DNA of 64,000 nucleotides from an uncultured Mollicutes bacterium (GTDB taxonomy: Bacteria; Bacillota_I; Bacilli_A; RFN20; CAG-826), in contig UQXJ01000002.1 of NCBI GenBank assembly GCA_900545015.1, positions 20,260 through 84,259 of the forward strand. Reading direction: 5' to 3'. The stretch's first letter is position 1. Every line of letters starts with the position of its first letter. Under the pieces are notes generated by a model. That model did no database searches, was not told the origin of the DNA, and worked only from the letters and a program-made list of their open reading frames with translations. Below are positions 47,401 to 56,233 of this stretch, one piece after another. Position numbers and translations under genes: made by a program.

Positions 47401-48065
47401 GCTCACCATATTCTCAACTTAGAAATAAGTATTTCAGTATGTATTCATACTATTGTGCTTATGACACATATTACTTATATGTAGCAATGGACAAACTTAA
47501 AGCTGAAGGATTTACAGTTAAATATAACCCATTCTCAAAAGATGAATTAGCTGGTTTCTCTGCTAGTAAAAAGGATGCAAATGGAACTTTATATATCTCA
47601 TTTGCTCCATCAAGTGGTAATTATAGCGATTCTAATAACGGAATGAGTTTATCGGCACTTTATCTCCCTGATGCATCTTTATACGATAGTACAACTGCAT
47701 TCTCAGAATCTGAAAAGAATACAATCTCTTCAAGTTTAGATGGGTTAGAACTTCCATATGCGAATCTTGGATCTGATAAATTAAAGATTACTGAAAGAAC
47801 TAATGAAGTAAGTTTAATTGGTTACAATTATTCCGAAAAAATTATCGAAAATATTAAAAAGTCATATGGTGATGCTGGCTGGACAGTAAATGATACATAT
47901 TCAATCAGTAATGGAGTCGCTTATAAAACTGTAAATGGCTTCTTAATTAAAAATGGTCATACTTACGTATTAACAGTTGTTCCAACTGTTTCAAAAGCAG
48001 TTAATGGAGGAGGAGCATTCTCTTCAAGCTCAGTTACAACTGAAGTTAAAGTAACAATGGCTTAA
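44499..48065 (+). CDS. 1188-aa surface lipoprotein built from about nine tandem ~110-135-aa modules
   Basis: GGAGG plus the ATG at 44499 gives MKGKFLIFSITALLSLTGLTNC (signal peptide plus lipobox-like LTNC), followed by a Gly/Asp/Cys-rich linker. The recurring module signature is xW(S/N/D)xE...LP(Y/F)xYLG(T), e.g. SAWSSEVLKEMDKSLNKTVLPYVYLGA and TAWDSKTQESLNKELPSGVTLPYLYLGT. Confidence 0.8.
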   Translation: MKGKFLIFSITALLSLTGLTNCSSTTGGGNTDTTCPECPPCEDKGDGKDDGQGGGTEKPDTKVDPSQGLISPEKSEWGDKITNLMVEYLGGGILPLIELGDGEFDAEFVKNDEKEDYKSYLKIVGGSFLSSKLESAVKLYKEHYWNALMIGESFYASNDLIKVEVEVSKNYNGLFELKAFYQEPFNPKDATAWNEQTEALIKERFGRFVVPFTYLGTVNYDSSINEEGALVVSGGTWSDSAINQFETSFKGWEITKDEEVLTTRYATFKDGENELNATLTKAHNKAELQVSIKEAFDSSNQSAWSSEVLKEMDKSLNKTVLPYVYLGAIYPTIDKATTNERNLTLVGKFWDDKILENAKDAFKIDSSWSEKTVESGVAFTKSNEFDSYEVVVDKNESGLPTLKASRTEVYNETTLKAYPEDLKTAFKDKYAEEMDTIPFLYLGTAYPTLNTEIPAKHEEDTSKLVITGGVYNSKILDNFRTKFTKEAGWYTAIDNTHEDSGTKNDEPSDILAVAIKNTGEFTYKVGLVTLENAGEKTAYLEINRSKNITTAATKWSDETLANMSKVLGSDVTLPFFDVGRDTLEIAFDESGHLEIQFVADHTNVSFRVWSAIDSLTKADWELTIAHNDTYYDSEAWINQVSATKDFNGKKVQVQININASAYYRFVLKGGVSPVETYDASKVNGSWSEDISSVIKDKYKIDFPYIYLGTDNPYIFEDTEEGTTKIIGNALTNELFVNAKDVLTKNGFLIDTSASWDMLVKATKENSDGNIVNVEVSYHDNKPYISFSLTEVFKPGTQTAWDSKTQESLNKELPSGVTLPYLYLGTAEPTSTFDTKNNVKKISIVGGKWDDAVINLSKSSLETNSFSVSIDSSSYYTGPSLLAHKLLESSSAKAIRLKLSENRDDKIELDVYIDLVPDAPSDKIATWDEFPKYYGTSVTDAMQTYLGTKLPEFIPSALVPSADDSISISSPYSQLRNKYFSMYSYYCAYDTYYLYVAMDKLKAEGFTVKYNPFSKDELAGFSASKKDANGTLYISFAPSSGNYSDSNNGMSLSALYLPDASLYDSTTAFSESEKNTISSSLDGLELPYANLGSDKLKITERTNEVSLIGYNYSEKIIENIKKSYGDAGWTVNDTYSISNGVAYKTVNGFLIKNGHTYVLTVVPTVSKAVNGGGAFSSSSVTTEVKVTMA

Positions 48066-48096
48066 TTAAAACATTTTATTAAAGGATGGTTAAATT

Positions 48097-49707
48097 ATGT
48101 TAAAAAGTTTTATCAAAAGATTAAAATTAGAAAAAATATTACAAGGATCAATCTATGCTTTAGGTGGTTTATTATTAACATCTAGCTTATTGATTGCTAT
48201 CTTTCAAATTTTAAAATTGACAGCTTGGTATTTTTATTTAATTGCTGTCGGTGGAGGTTTATTAACTTTTGTCATCATCCTTCTTGCTTATTATTTTGCT
48301 AAAAAAATAAAAGAAAAAGATGCTGCTAAAAGAGTTGATAGTAACTTTGATCTTCACGAAAAAGCATCAACCATGGTTGAATTTGAAGGAAAAAGTGGCT
48401 TTTTAATCGAAAAGCAAAGAGAAGATGCTAAAAAATGTATTAAGCATACTAATCCTAAAAAACTTGCCATTAAATTAACAATGGCAAGTTTAGTTTTCCC
48501 TTTAATTGGAGGTGGCGCATTTGCGACATCTTTCTTTACAAATAACATTGTTAATGCTTTTACTTTTGAAAATGATGATAATTTTGATAATGACACAGAT
48601 AAAATTATCGATAATATCAAAGAATATATTGGAAAGAGTCAAGCTTCAGCTGCATTTAAAGAAAAATTATATAAGATCTTAGAAGATCTTCGTGAAGACC
48701 TAAAAGGTGATGTTTCAATTCCTTCTAGAAGAGAAAAAGTAAATAAAGCAAAAGAAGAAGTTGATGTTGCTTTAGATGAAGTTAATACAAAAGAAGAAAT
48801 CGGAGAAGCATTACTTAAAGAAGATAATGATTTTACAGAAGTTGGTGCAGTAGTTTCTAGTGCTGAAGTTGAAAAACTTGAAGCAGTATTTAAAAATTTC
48901 GCTGATCAATTAAATATAGTTGTTTCAACAACTGGTTTATTAGCACTTCTTGGAGAATGGATTAATAATCTTAAAGATTTCTTTAAAGGAGTAGATATTC
49001 CTAAAACTGATGCAAACTATAATACATTCAAAAATTTATTAACAAAGTTTCAAGCAGTTCATGATAATGTCGAACAAAAACTTGCTGCAAGTTCGAATGC
49101 ATCAGGTAAAGTAATCAATCAATTAATTACAAGTTCACAAGAACAAGTTAAAAAAGCAATTGAAGAAGTTATTAAAGAACTTAAAACAAATTTAACTTTA
49201 GAAAAAGGAAATGATGAACTTGCTAAAAAAGTTAAAGATTTAATGGACCAATTAATTGATCCTAATAGTGAGAAAAAAGATAATACCGGAGCTGAAGAAG
49301 GTGGAAATGGAAAACCTGATGGCGAAGAAGGTGACATTGGCGATAAAGGCGACGAAGAAATCGATACCGATAAAGGCGATAGCGGAAATGCTGAAGGTGG
49401 TAAAGGTGACAGTGATGGCGAAAATGGCGATGGAAGCGGATCTGGCGATGGCGGAAAAGATGGCGAAGGCGATGGCCAAGGAAAAGGTGATGGCGCTTCT
49501 GGAGGCGGTGGTTCAACAAAGTACGGAAGTAACGACAAAGTCTACACTGGTGAAAATGGACAAACTGCTTATGGTGATGTAATTGGCGATTACCAAAATG
49601 GTGCAAGTGATGATGCTAAGGGCACTGGGGATGATGATTTAGAAGGCGCTATTGGAGATTATTTTGATGAACTCTATGGCGATGCAGATAGAAAATCTAA
49701 CCCTTAA
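48097..49707 (+). CDS. membrane protein: N-terminal TM hairpin plus third TM, helical/coiled-coil middle, Gly/Asp/Glu/Lys-rich low-complexity tail
   Basis: 536 aa with TM spans around aa 20-70 and 125-150. The tail is GAEEGGNGKPDGEEGDIGDKGDEEIDTDKGDSGNAEGGKGDSDGENGDGSGSGDGGKDGEGDGQGKGDGASGGGGS. Confidence 0.75.
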   Translation: MLKSFIKRLKLEKILQGSIYALGGLLLTSSLLIAIFQILKLTAWYFYLIAVGGGLLTFVIILLAYYFAKKIKEKDAAKRVDSNFDLHEKASTMVEFEGKSGFLIEKQREDAKKCIKHTNPKKLAIKLTMASLVFPLIGGGAFATSFFTNNIVNAFTFENDDNFDNDTDKIIDNIKEYIGKSQASAAFKEKLYKILEDLREDLKGDVSIPSRREKVNKAKEEVDVALDEVNTKEEIGEALLKEDNDFTEVGAVVSSAEVEKLEAVFKNFADQLNIVVSTTGLLALLGEWINNLKDFFKGVDIPKTDANYNTFKNLLTKFQAVHDNVEQKLAASSNASGKVINQLITSSQEQVKKAIEEVIKELKTNLTLEKGNDELAKKVKDLMDQLIDPNSEKKDNTGAEEGGNGKPDGEEGDIGDKGDEEIDTDKGDSGNAEGGKGDSDGENGDGSGSGDGGKDGEGDGQGKGDGASGGGGSTKYGSNDKVYTGENGQTAYGDVIGDYQNGASDDAKGTGDDDLEGAIGDYFDELYGDADRKSNP

Positions 49708-49742
49708 TTTATAGAAAAACATTGTAGAAAGAAGGTATTTAT

Positions 49743-50729
49743 ATGGAAAACGAAGAATTATTACAAGAATTTAGCTCTGCTACAGCTAAGATAAAAGAAC
49801 AAATTCATAGAGATATTATTGGTCAAGATGAAGTTGTCGACACAGTTGTTACTGCAATTATTGCAGGAGGAAACGTCTTACTTGAAGGTGTTCCTGGAAC
49901 TGGTAAAACTCGTCTTGTACGTTCAATGGGGCAAACATTATCTTTGTCCTTTTCTAGAATTCAATTCACTCCAGATTTAATGCCAAACGATGTTACTGGA
50001 ACTAATATTATTCGTAAAGATAGTGATGGAAATCTTGTTTCATCATTTAGAAAAGGACCTATCTTCTCTCAAATCGTTTTAGCAGATGAAATTAACAGAG
50101 CTACACCTAAAACTCAAGCCGCTATGCTTGAAGTTATGCAAGAACATAAAGTTACTGTAAGTGGTGTTTCTTATCCAATGGATGAACCTTTCTTTGTTTT
50201 AGCTACTCAAAACCCTATTGAACAAGATGGTACTTATCCACTTCCTGAAGCTCAAATGGATAGATTTATGTTTAAAGTCAACATGGCTTATCCAACAGAA
50301 AAAGAACTTGCTGATATTGTCAATTTAACTCAAGAAACTCAAAAAGAAAGAGCAGAAAAAGTTGTTGATGGTGAAACAATCTTACATATGCGTAAACTTG
50401 CAACTCAAGTACCAGTTATCGAAGATGTTTTAAATTATGCAATGAAACTTATTCATAAAACTCATCCTGAAGTTGATAAAACATCAGAAGTTGCTAAAAA
50501 ATATATTAAATTTGGTGCATCACCACGTGCTTGCCAAGCTTTAATTACTGGAGCAAAAATTAGAGCATTGATGAAAGGCAATTTCAATGTATCTTATGAA
50601 GATATTGATACTTTAGCTCTTCCAGTTTTAAGACATAGAATTAAACTTACATATAGTGCAATTAATGATAATTTAACAGTTGATGATGTTATTAATAAAT
50701 TAATCGAAGAAACTCATAAAGGAAAATAA
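49743..50729 (+). CDS. MoxR-family AAA+ ATPase
   Basis: 328 aa with Walker A GVPGTGKT and Walker B IVLADEINRATPKTQAAMLEVMQE, which is diagnostic of the MoxR/AAA_3 type. Confidence 0.92.
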   Translation: MENEELLQEFSSATAKIKEQIHRDIIGQDEVVDTVVTAIIAGGNVLLEGVPGTGKTRLVRSMGQTLSLSFSRIQFTPDLMPNDVTGTNIIRKDSDGNLVSSFRKGPIFSQIVLADEINRATPKTQAAMLEVMQEHKVTVSGVSYPMDEPFFVLATQNPIEQDGTYPLPEAQMDRFMFKVNMAYPTEKELADIVNLTQETQKERAEKVVDGETILHMRKLATQVPVIEDVLNYAMKLIHKTHPEVDKTSEVAKKYIKFGASPRACQALITGAKIRALMKGNFNVSYEDIDTLALPVLRHRIKLTYSAINDNLTVDDVINKLIEETHKGK

Positions 50730-50732
50730 TTT

Positions 50733-51608
50733 ATGAGACAAATCATTGATGAACGTTTTTTAAGCCAACTTGAGTTATTTTCTTTAGCAATAAAAGACAA
50801 TGTTGCTGGATTATTTGGTGGCTCTCATCAATCGAAAAAATATGGAACCTCATGTGAATTTGCTGATTATAGAGAATATGTTGAAGGGGACGATATATCA
50901 AAAATTGATTGGAACATATATGGTCGTTTTGAACAATTATATTTAAAACTTTATCTCGATGAGAAGCAGATGTATACAAAGATTTATATAGATGCTTCAA
51001 GATCAATGTCATTTTTTAATAAAGATGAATATGCTTTAAGACTTGCTGCTTCACTTGCTTATTTATCAGTATCTGAAATGGATAGGGTTTCTGTTTATTT
51101 AGTTAAAGGAAAAAGTGTTGTACCATTATTTGAAAAAATAATAGGTAGAGAAAAATTCTTTGAAAATGTTTCTAAACTAAATAGCGTTACTTTCGATGGT
51201 GAAACATTTATGTCTGAAGCTATTTTAAGAAGTGATGTCGGCTATGGAAATGGTAAAAGTATTATCATTTCTGATTTTTTAACTGATAATGATTATTTAT
51301 CAGCAATTGATTTTTTAAGAGATAAACATCGTGATGTTTTATGTATTCAACTTCTTGCTCCTGAAGAATTAAATCCTACAGCAAGAGGCAAAAACATTCT
51401 TTATGATTCTGAAGATTCAAACAAATATTTTAAAGGAAATATAAGTAGAGATGTTTTACTTGCTTATCATAAAGCTTTAGATTTTCTTGAAGAAAATTTA
51501 ACAAATTATTGTGCTTCTAGAGAAGCAGACTATGCGCTTTATGATACATCAATTTCTTTAAGAGAATTGTTTATGAATCGATTATTTAATAAGGGGGTGA
51601 TTAGATGA
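50733..51608 (+). CDS. DUF58-family protein (MoxR partner)
   Basis: 291 aa with the hallmark FADYREYVEGDDISKIDWN. It sits 3 nt after moxR. Confidence 0.88.
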   Translation: MRQIIDERFLSQLELFSLAIKDNVAGLFGGSHQSKKYGTSCEFADYREYVEGDDISKIDWNIYGRFEQLYLKLYLDEKQMYTKIYIDASRSMSFFNKDEYALRLAASLAYLSVSEMDRVSVYLVKGKSVVPLFEKIIGREKFFENVSKLNSVTFDGETFMSEAILRSDVGYGNGKSIIISDFLTDNDYLSAIDFLRDKHRDVLCIQLLAPEELNPTARGKNILYDSEDSNKYFKGNISRDVLLAYHKALDFLEENLTNYCASREADYALYDTSISLRELFMNRLFNKGVIR

Positions 51609-53494
51609 GTTTTAATTTTCCATTAGGTCTTCTTCTTTTACTTGGAATACCTGCCCTTATTATTATTTATATCATTAAAAATAGGTATAAAGAAAAAGTA
51701 GTTTCATCAGATTATGTCTGGGAATTAAGTAAAAAATTTTTAAAGAAGAGGAATCCTTTAAATTCAATATCAAACTTATTAAACCTTATTATTCAATGTC
51801 TTTGCATTTGCTTTTTAAGCTTTTCTTTAGCAGATCCTGTATTTACTTTTAGAAATGGAGCTGAAAATGAAGTCTATATTTTAGATGCTTCAGCTAGTAT
51901 GGAAACTAAAAATGAAGATGGTTTGACTCGTTTTGAAAAAGCTAAAAATGAAATTAAATCACTTGTTAATGACTCAAAAAATGGTTCAACATACACTCTC
52001 ATCGTAGGTGATTCAAATACAAGAACAATTTGTAAAAACATTAAAGAAAAAGATATTTTTAATTCTTTACTTGATAGAGTTAACATTGATTATGCTGAAA
52101 GCGGACTTGAAAATGCAATTAGTTTAGCTCAATCATTATCTTCTGAAGAAGTAGGAAGTCATTTTACTTTATTTACTGATAAAGAAGTTAAAGCTAATGA
52201 AAATTTAGCTTGTGTAAATGTTAGTGATACTAATAAAAATTATTCAATCATTAACTTAAGAGCTAACGAAATTAAAGAAGAAAAAGACAAATATTTAGTT
52301 TTAGAAGCTGACCTAATGTCATACAGCGAAGACACAACTTTAAATGTCGAATTTTTCCTTGATGATGCTTCTTTAGGAAAAGTTGAAAAAGAAGTAAAAA
52401 CTAATGAAAAAGCTGTTGCACAACTTAAATTACTAAATGTAGAAAACAAATTTTCTAAATATAGCTCAATTAAAGCAGCAATTTTAAATGAAGATTATTT
52501 AAAAGAAGATAGCGAATTTATTGTCTATAATTCTTCTGATTTTGATACAACAAAAATTATGATTGTTAGTTATTCTCCTTTTTATTTTCAATCTGTTTTT
52601 AATGCACTTAATAGGAATGGTTTAAAAATTGCTTATACAGTTGTTTCTCCAGCTCTTTATATGTTTAGCACTGGAGCAGTAGGATATGATGTTGTAATTT
52701 TTGATGGCTATGCTCCTGATACATTACCTGTTGATAGTGCTGTATGGCTATTTAACTGTGGAGAAACAATTGATAAGTCTGGTTTTAAATTCCAAAAAGA
52801 GTTAACAAAAGAAGATCCAGGAATTAAAGCAAGTTATGCAAATAATAGTGATGATGTTTTATACCAAGCATTAACGAAAGATTTAGTCAAAAGAGATGTT
52901 ACAATTAAAACTTATCTTCGTTACACATTAGATTCTAAATTTACAACAATTCTTTCTTACGATAACCTTCCATTTATTTTTGCAGGAAGAAATGAATATA
53001 ATCAAAAAGAAATTGTCTTTAATTTTGATTTACATAATTCAAATTTCCCATTACTTGCAGATTTCATAATTCTTATGAGAAATTGTGTAAGTTATTCAAA
53101 TCCATCAATTCTTAATGATTTTAATTATAGTGTAAGTGAAAAAGTAGTATTTTCTTTCCCTGACACTGCATTAAGTTGCGAAATTAAAACTCCATCTAAT
53201 AAAAAAGAATATTTAAGTTCAAATGATATTCAAACTTATAAATTAAAAGAAGTTGGAACTTATTCAATAAGTGTAAAAGTTGCTACTGGAGAAACTAAAA
53301 AGCTTAATCTTTTTAGTGCTTTCCCTGAAAAAGAAAGAGTGCCACTAGTTAAAGATGAAAAAGTTTATAGCATTTCTATTAAAGATAACGTTAAAAAAGC
53401 AGATGGAATTTTTGAAGCTTTACTTGTTGTTGTAATTATTGGGCTAGTTTTCCTTCTAGCAGACTGGATGATATATAGTTATGAGCAATTTTAA
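51605..53494 (+). CDS. BatA_N-type double-TM N-terminus plus VWA domain protein with C-terminal TM
   Basis: 629 aa. The N-terminus MSFNFPLGLLLLLGIPALIIIYIIK...LADPVF is aerotolerance-regulator-like. The MIDAS-like motif is VYILDASASM. The C-terminal TM is ALLVVVIIGLVFLLADWMIY. Confidence 0.8.
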   Translation: MSFNFPLGLLLLLGIPALIIIYIIKNRYKEKVVSSDYVWELSKKFLKKRNPLNSISNLLNLIIQCLCICFLSFSLADPVFTFRNGAENEVYILDASASMETKNEDGLTRFEKAKNEIKSLVNDSKNGSTYTLIVGDSNTRTICKNIKEKDIFNSLLDRVNIDYAESGLENAISLAQSLSSEEVGSHFTLFTDKEVKANENLACVNVSDTNKNYSIINLRANEIKEEKDKYLVLEADLMSYSEDTTLNVEFFLDDASLGKVEKEVKTNEKAVAQLKLLNVENKFSKYSSIKAAILNEDYLKEDSEFIVYNSSDFDTTKIMIVSYSPFYFQSVFNALNRNGLKIAYTVVSPALYMFSTGAVGYDVVIFDGYAPDTLPVDSAVWLFNCGETIDKSGFKFQKELTKEDPGIKASYANNSDDVLYQALTKDLVKRDVTIKTYLRYTLDSKFTTILSYDNLPFIFAGRNEYNQKEIVFNFDLHNSNFPLLADFIILMRNCVSYSNPSILNDFNYSVSEKVVFSFPDTALSCEIKTPSNKKEYLSSNDIQTYKLKEVGTYSISVKVATGETKKLNLFSAFPEKERVPLVKDEKVYSISIKDNVKKADGIFEALLVVVIIGLVFLLADWMIYSYEQF

Positions 53495-56177
53495 ATTTAA
53501 TAATCCTTGGTTACTTTTTTTAATTATTCCGCTTGTTGCACTCATTGTAATAGGCTTCTTTATAATGAAAAAAGAAAAGCGTTATTCAAAAAAGAATATT
53601 ATTTCACTTGCTTTACATCTTGTAATTGCAGTTTTAGTTTCTATATCATTTGCTGATCCTAGATACCTTTCAATTGATAAAGAAACTGAAGTATATCTTT
53701 TAGTTGATGCTTCTGCTAGTGAAAAACCATCAACTGATAAAATCGATGAAACAATTAAAAAAGTTAGCAATGAAGTTTTAAAAACACCTAATACAAAAGT
53801 TGGTGTTATTCCTTTTGCTAAAAAAGCAATTACATTAGTTGAACTTGGTGGTAAATTCGATTCAATTAATGATGTTTATGAGGACAAAAATTTTGATTAT
53901 ACTGCTACAAATCTTGAAGAAGCTTTACTTTATACAAGTGAAAAATTTAAAGAAGATTCATACAAAAGAATTGTTCTTATATCAGACGGAAATGAAACAG
54001 ATGGAGAAGCAATCAATACAATTGAAACTTTAATGCAAGAAGGCATTACAGTTGATGTTATTAATATGAATGCTGAATTTACATCAGAAATTTCTATCAC
54101 TGGAATTAAATATACAGATAACACATATTTAAATAGAGAAGAGGAAGTCGAAGTATTAATTAATGCTTCATCAACTTGCAGCGTTACTGTTAATTTATAT
54201 AAAGAAGACGAACTTGATAGTACAAAAAATTCATATTTAAATAACGGATTAAACGTTATTACTTTTCCTCTTGATACTAGTGCTCCTGGTGAATTTAAAT
54301 ATAAAGTTGTTGTAACAGGCGAAGAAGGAACAGAATTTAAAGATACTTTTATCGAAAACAATTCTCGTTCTTTTATTCAAAATGTTTCTTCTGATTTTAA
54401 ATATTTATTTTTAGGAAGTAGCGAAGCTGAATTAAATAAATTTAAAAGCTTAGCAAATTTATCAGCTGAAACAAATATTGATACATTTATTAATAAGAAA
54501 AATGTTCCTTATTCTTTAGAAGATCTAATTAAATATGATGAAATTATTTTATCTGATTTAGATTTCACTACATTAAATAACTATAATGAGTTAATTGATA
54601 ATTTATCTAAAGCAGTTTCAATTTATGGAAAATCTGTATTTACATTTGGATCAACAAATGTTGGAAATACAAATGATCCAGCACTTGTTTCTTATAACGA
54701 TTTATTACCTGTTCAATATCAACCTGATGATTCTAGAGCATTAGTTCTCGTCCTTGATTCATCTGGCTCAATGGGAGGTAATAACATTAATATGGTTATT
54801 GCTGGAGCAAAAGAAGTTGTTAAAAAATTAAATGTCAATGATTCAATTGCTGTTGTTACTTTTGAAACTAATACAGTCGTTCCAGTTACAATGACAACTA
54901 TTAGAAACGAGAAAAATAGACAAGAAATTTTAAATAAGATTGATAGAATTAAAGTTGGTGGTGGAACTAACATGATGAATGCTTTAGATGAAGCATATAA
55001 ACAAATTCAAGGTGTCACTGCTGAATATAAAAACATCATCTCTTTAACTGATGGATTAGCTGGCGACAATGTAGAAGATTTAAAAAAATATGTTACATCT
55101 ATGAGCTTTTCAAACATTTCTTCATCATTTATTAATGTAGGTGATGAAGATGGAAAAGGCGAAGAACTTTTAAAAACACTTGCTAAACTTGGCAATGGAC
55201 AATATAAATATTGTGCAGATTCATCGAACTTAAAAGACATCATGGTTGACACAATTAACCAAGAAATCCTTGATAAAGTGATTGAAAAAGATTCACCAAT
55301 CATTTATCAAAAAGAAAATGATGCTTCTATGAAAAACGGCGTCTTAAATAAACTTGAAAACGTTCAAGGATATAATTATTGCCGTATGAAAAGTGGAGCA
55401 AGTACTGTTCTTTCAGTTCAATATATTCACACAAATTCTAAAAATGAATTAAGCGTAATTGCTGTTCCTTTATATGCTTATTGGAATTTTGGTTCAGGAA
55501 AAGTAACATCATTTACATCTTCATTAAGCACAAGCTGGACAACAAAATTCTGGAATGCAGCTTCAGGAAAAACATTCTTTAGCAATATTCTTAGTGAAAG
55601 TTTACCTGATAGATTTAATAAATCTATTTTGAATATTAATTTTAAAGCAAATGGATCAACATCTAAAGTTATAGTATCTCCAAACGTTGATACGAAAGAT
55701 ACAAAAGTAAGTGTTGAATTTTCTTCTTTAGATAAAAAAGATGAAAAAATATCATATGATTTAATTTTTGATGGTGATAGTTTTAGTTATAATCTTCCTA
55801 CTCCAAAAGTTGGTTTTTATAAAGCAACGATTAGCTTCTCTAAATTAAATACTGTAACTAACGCTTATGAATTATCTGAAAAAGTAGAAATGACATATAG
55901 CTTTGATTATTCATCTGAATTTAATTTCTTTGATGATAATAGAAACACTTTATTAAATGAAATATCTTCTCAATGTGGAGGTTCAATCCTTGCTGAAAAT
56001 AATATTCATTTTAATATAGCAGACAATCAACTTACTGAAGCAAGTTATGTGTCGCTAATGGTTTGGATTCTTCTTGCTGCGGTTATCTTATATCTTGCTG
56101 ATATCGTTATTAGAAAATCTTTATTTAAGAAAAAAGTTAAAAAAGAAAAAGAAGAAATTAAAGACAATTATTTCTAA
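53481..56177 (+). CDS. BatA/BatB-like membrane protein with two VWA domains and C-terminal TM
   Basis: 898 aa. The N-terminus is FNNPWLLFLIIPLVALIVIGFFI...FADPRY. The MIDAS motifs are YLLVDASAS and LVLVLDSSGSMGG. The C-terminal TM is VSLMVWILLAAVILYLADIVI. Confidence 0.85.
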   Translation: MSNFKFNNPWLLFLIIPLVALIVIGFFIMKKEKRYSKKNIISLALHLVIAVLVSISFADPRYLSIDKETEVYLLVDASASEKPSTDKIDETIKKVSNEVLKTPNTKVGVIPFAKKAITLVELGGKFDSINDVYEDKNFDYTATNLEEALLYTSEKFKEDSYKRIVLISDGNETDGEAINTIETLMQEGITVDVINMNAEFTSEISITGIKYTDNTYLNREEEVEVLINASSTCSVTVNLYKEDELDSTKNSYLNNGLNVITFPLDTSAPGEFKYKVVVTGEEGTEFKDTFIENNSRSFIQNVSSDFKYLFLGSSEAELNKFKSLANLSAETNIDTFINKKNVPYSLEDLIKYDEIILSDLDFTTLNNYNELIDNLSKAVSIYGKSVFTFGSTNVGNTNDPALVSYNDLLPVQYQPDDSRALVLVLDSSGSMGGNNINMVIAGAKEVVKKLNVNDSIAVVTFETNTVVPVTMTTIRNEKNRQEILNKIDRIKVGGGTNMMNALDEAYKQIQGVTAEYKNIISLTDGLAGDNVEDLKKYVTSMSFSNISSSFINVGDEDGKGEELLKTLAKLGNGQYKYCADSSNLKDIMVDTINQEILDKVIEKDSPIIYQKENDASMKNGVLNKLENVQGYNYCRMKSGASTVLSVQYIHTNSKNELSVIAVPLYAYWNFGSGKVTSFTSSLSTSWTTKFWNAASGKTFFSNILSESLPDRFNKSILNINFKANGSTSKVIVSPNVDTKDTKVSVEFSSLDKKDEKISYDLIFDGDSFSYNLPTPKVGFYKATISFSKLNTVTNAYELSEKVEMTYSFDYSSEFNFFDDNRNTLLNEISSQCGGSILAENNIHFNIADNQLTEASYVSLMVWILLAAVILYLADIVIRKSLFKKKVKKEKEEIKDNYF

Positions 56178-56184
56178 ACAAAAG

Positions 56185-56233
56185 TCACTAGTAATATGTA
56201 TTTAAAAAAAGTATATATTCTAGTGATTTTTTT
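56185..56233 (+). terminator. strong rho-independent terminator ending the six-gene operon
   Basis: A ~15-bp interrupted stem, TCACTAG(T)AATATGTA ... TATATATT CTAGTGA, followed by TTTTTTT (56227-56233). Confidence 0.7.

Noticed and set aside
49119-49606. Four overlapping track ORFs (139, 75, 108 and 114 aa) on both strands inside the 536-aa gene
   Set aside because: They all lie on the purine-rich (GGN/GAN)n low-complexity tract. Stop codons are depleted in every frame there, and the translations are monotonous (PSP..., HRH..., KAMA...). They are shadow ORFs of the Gly/Asp tail.
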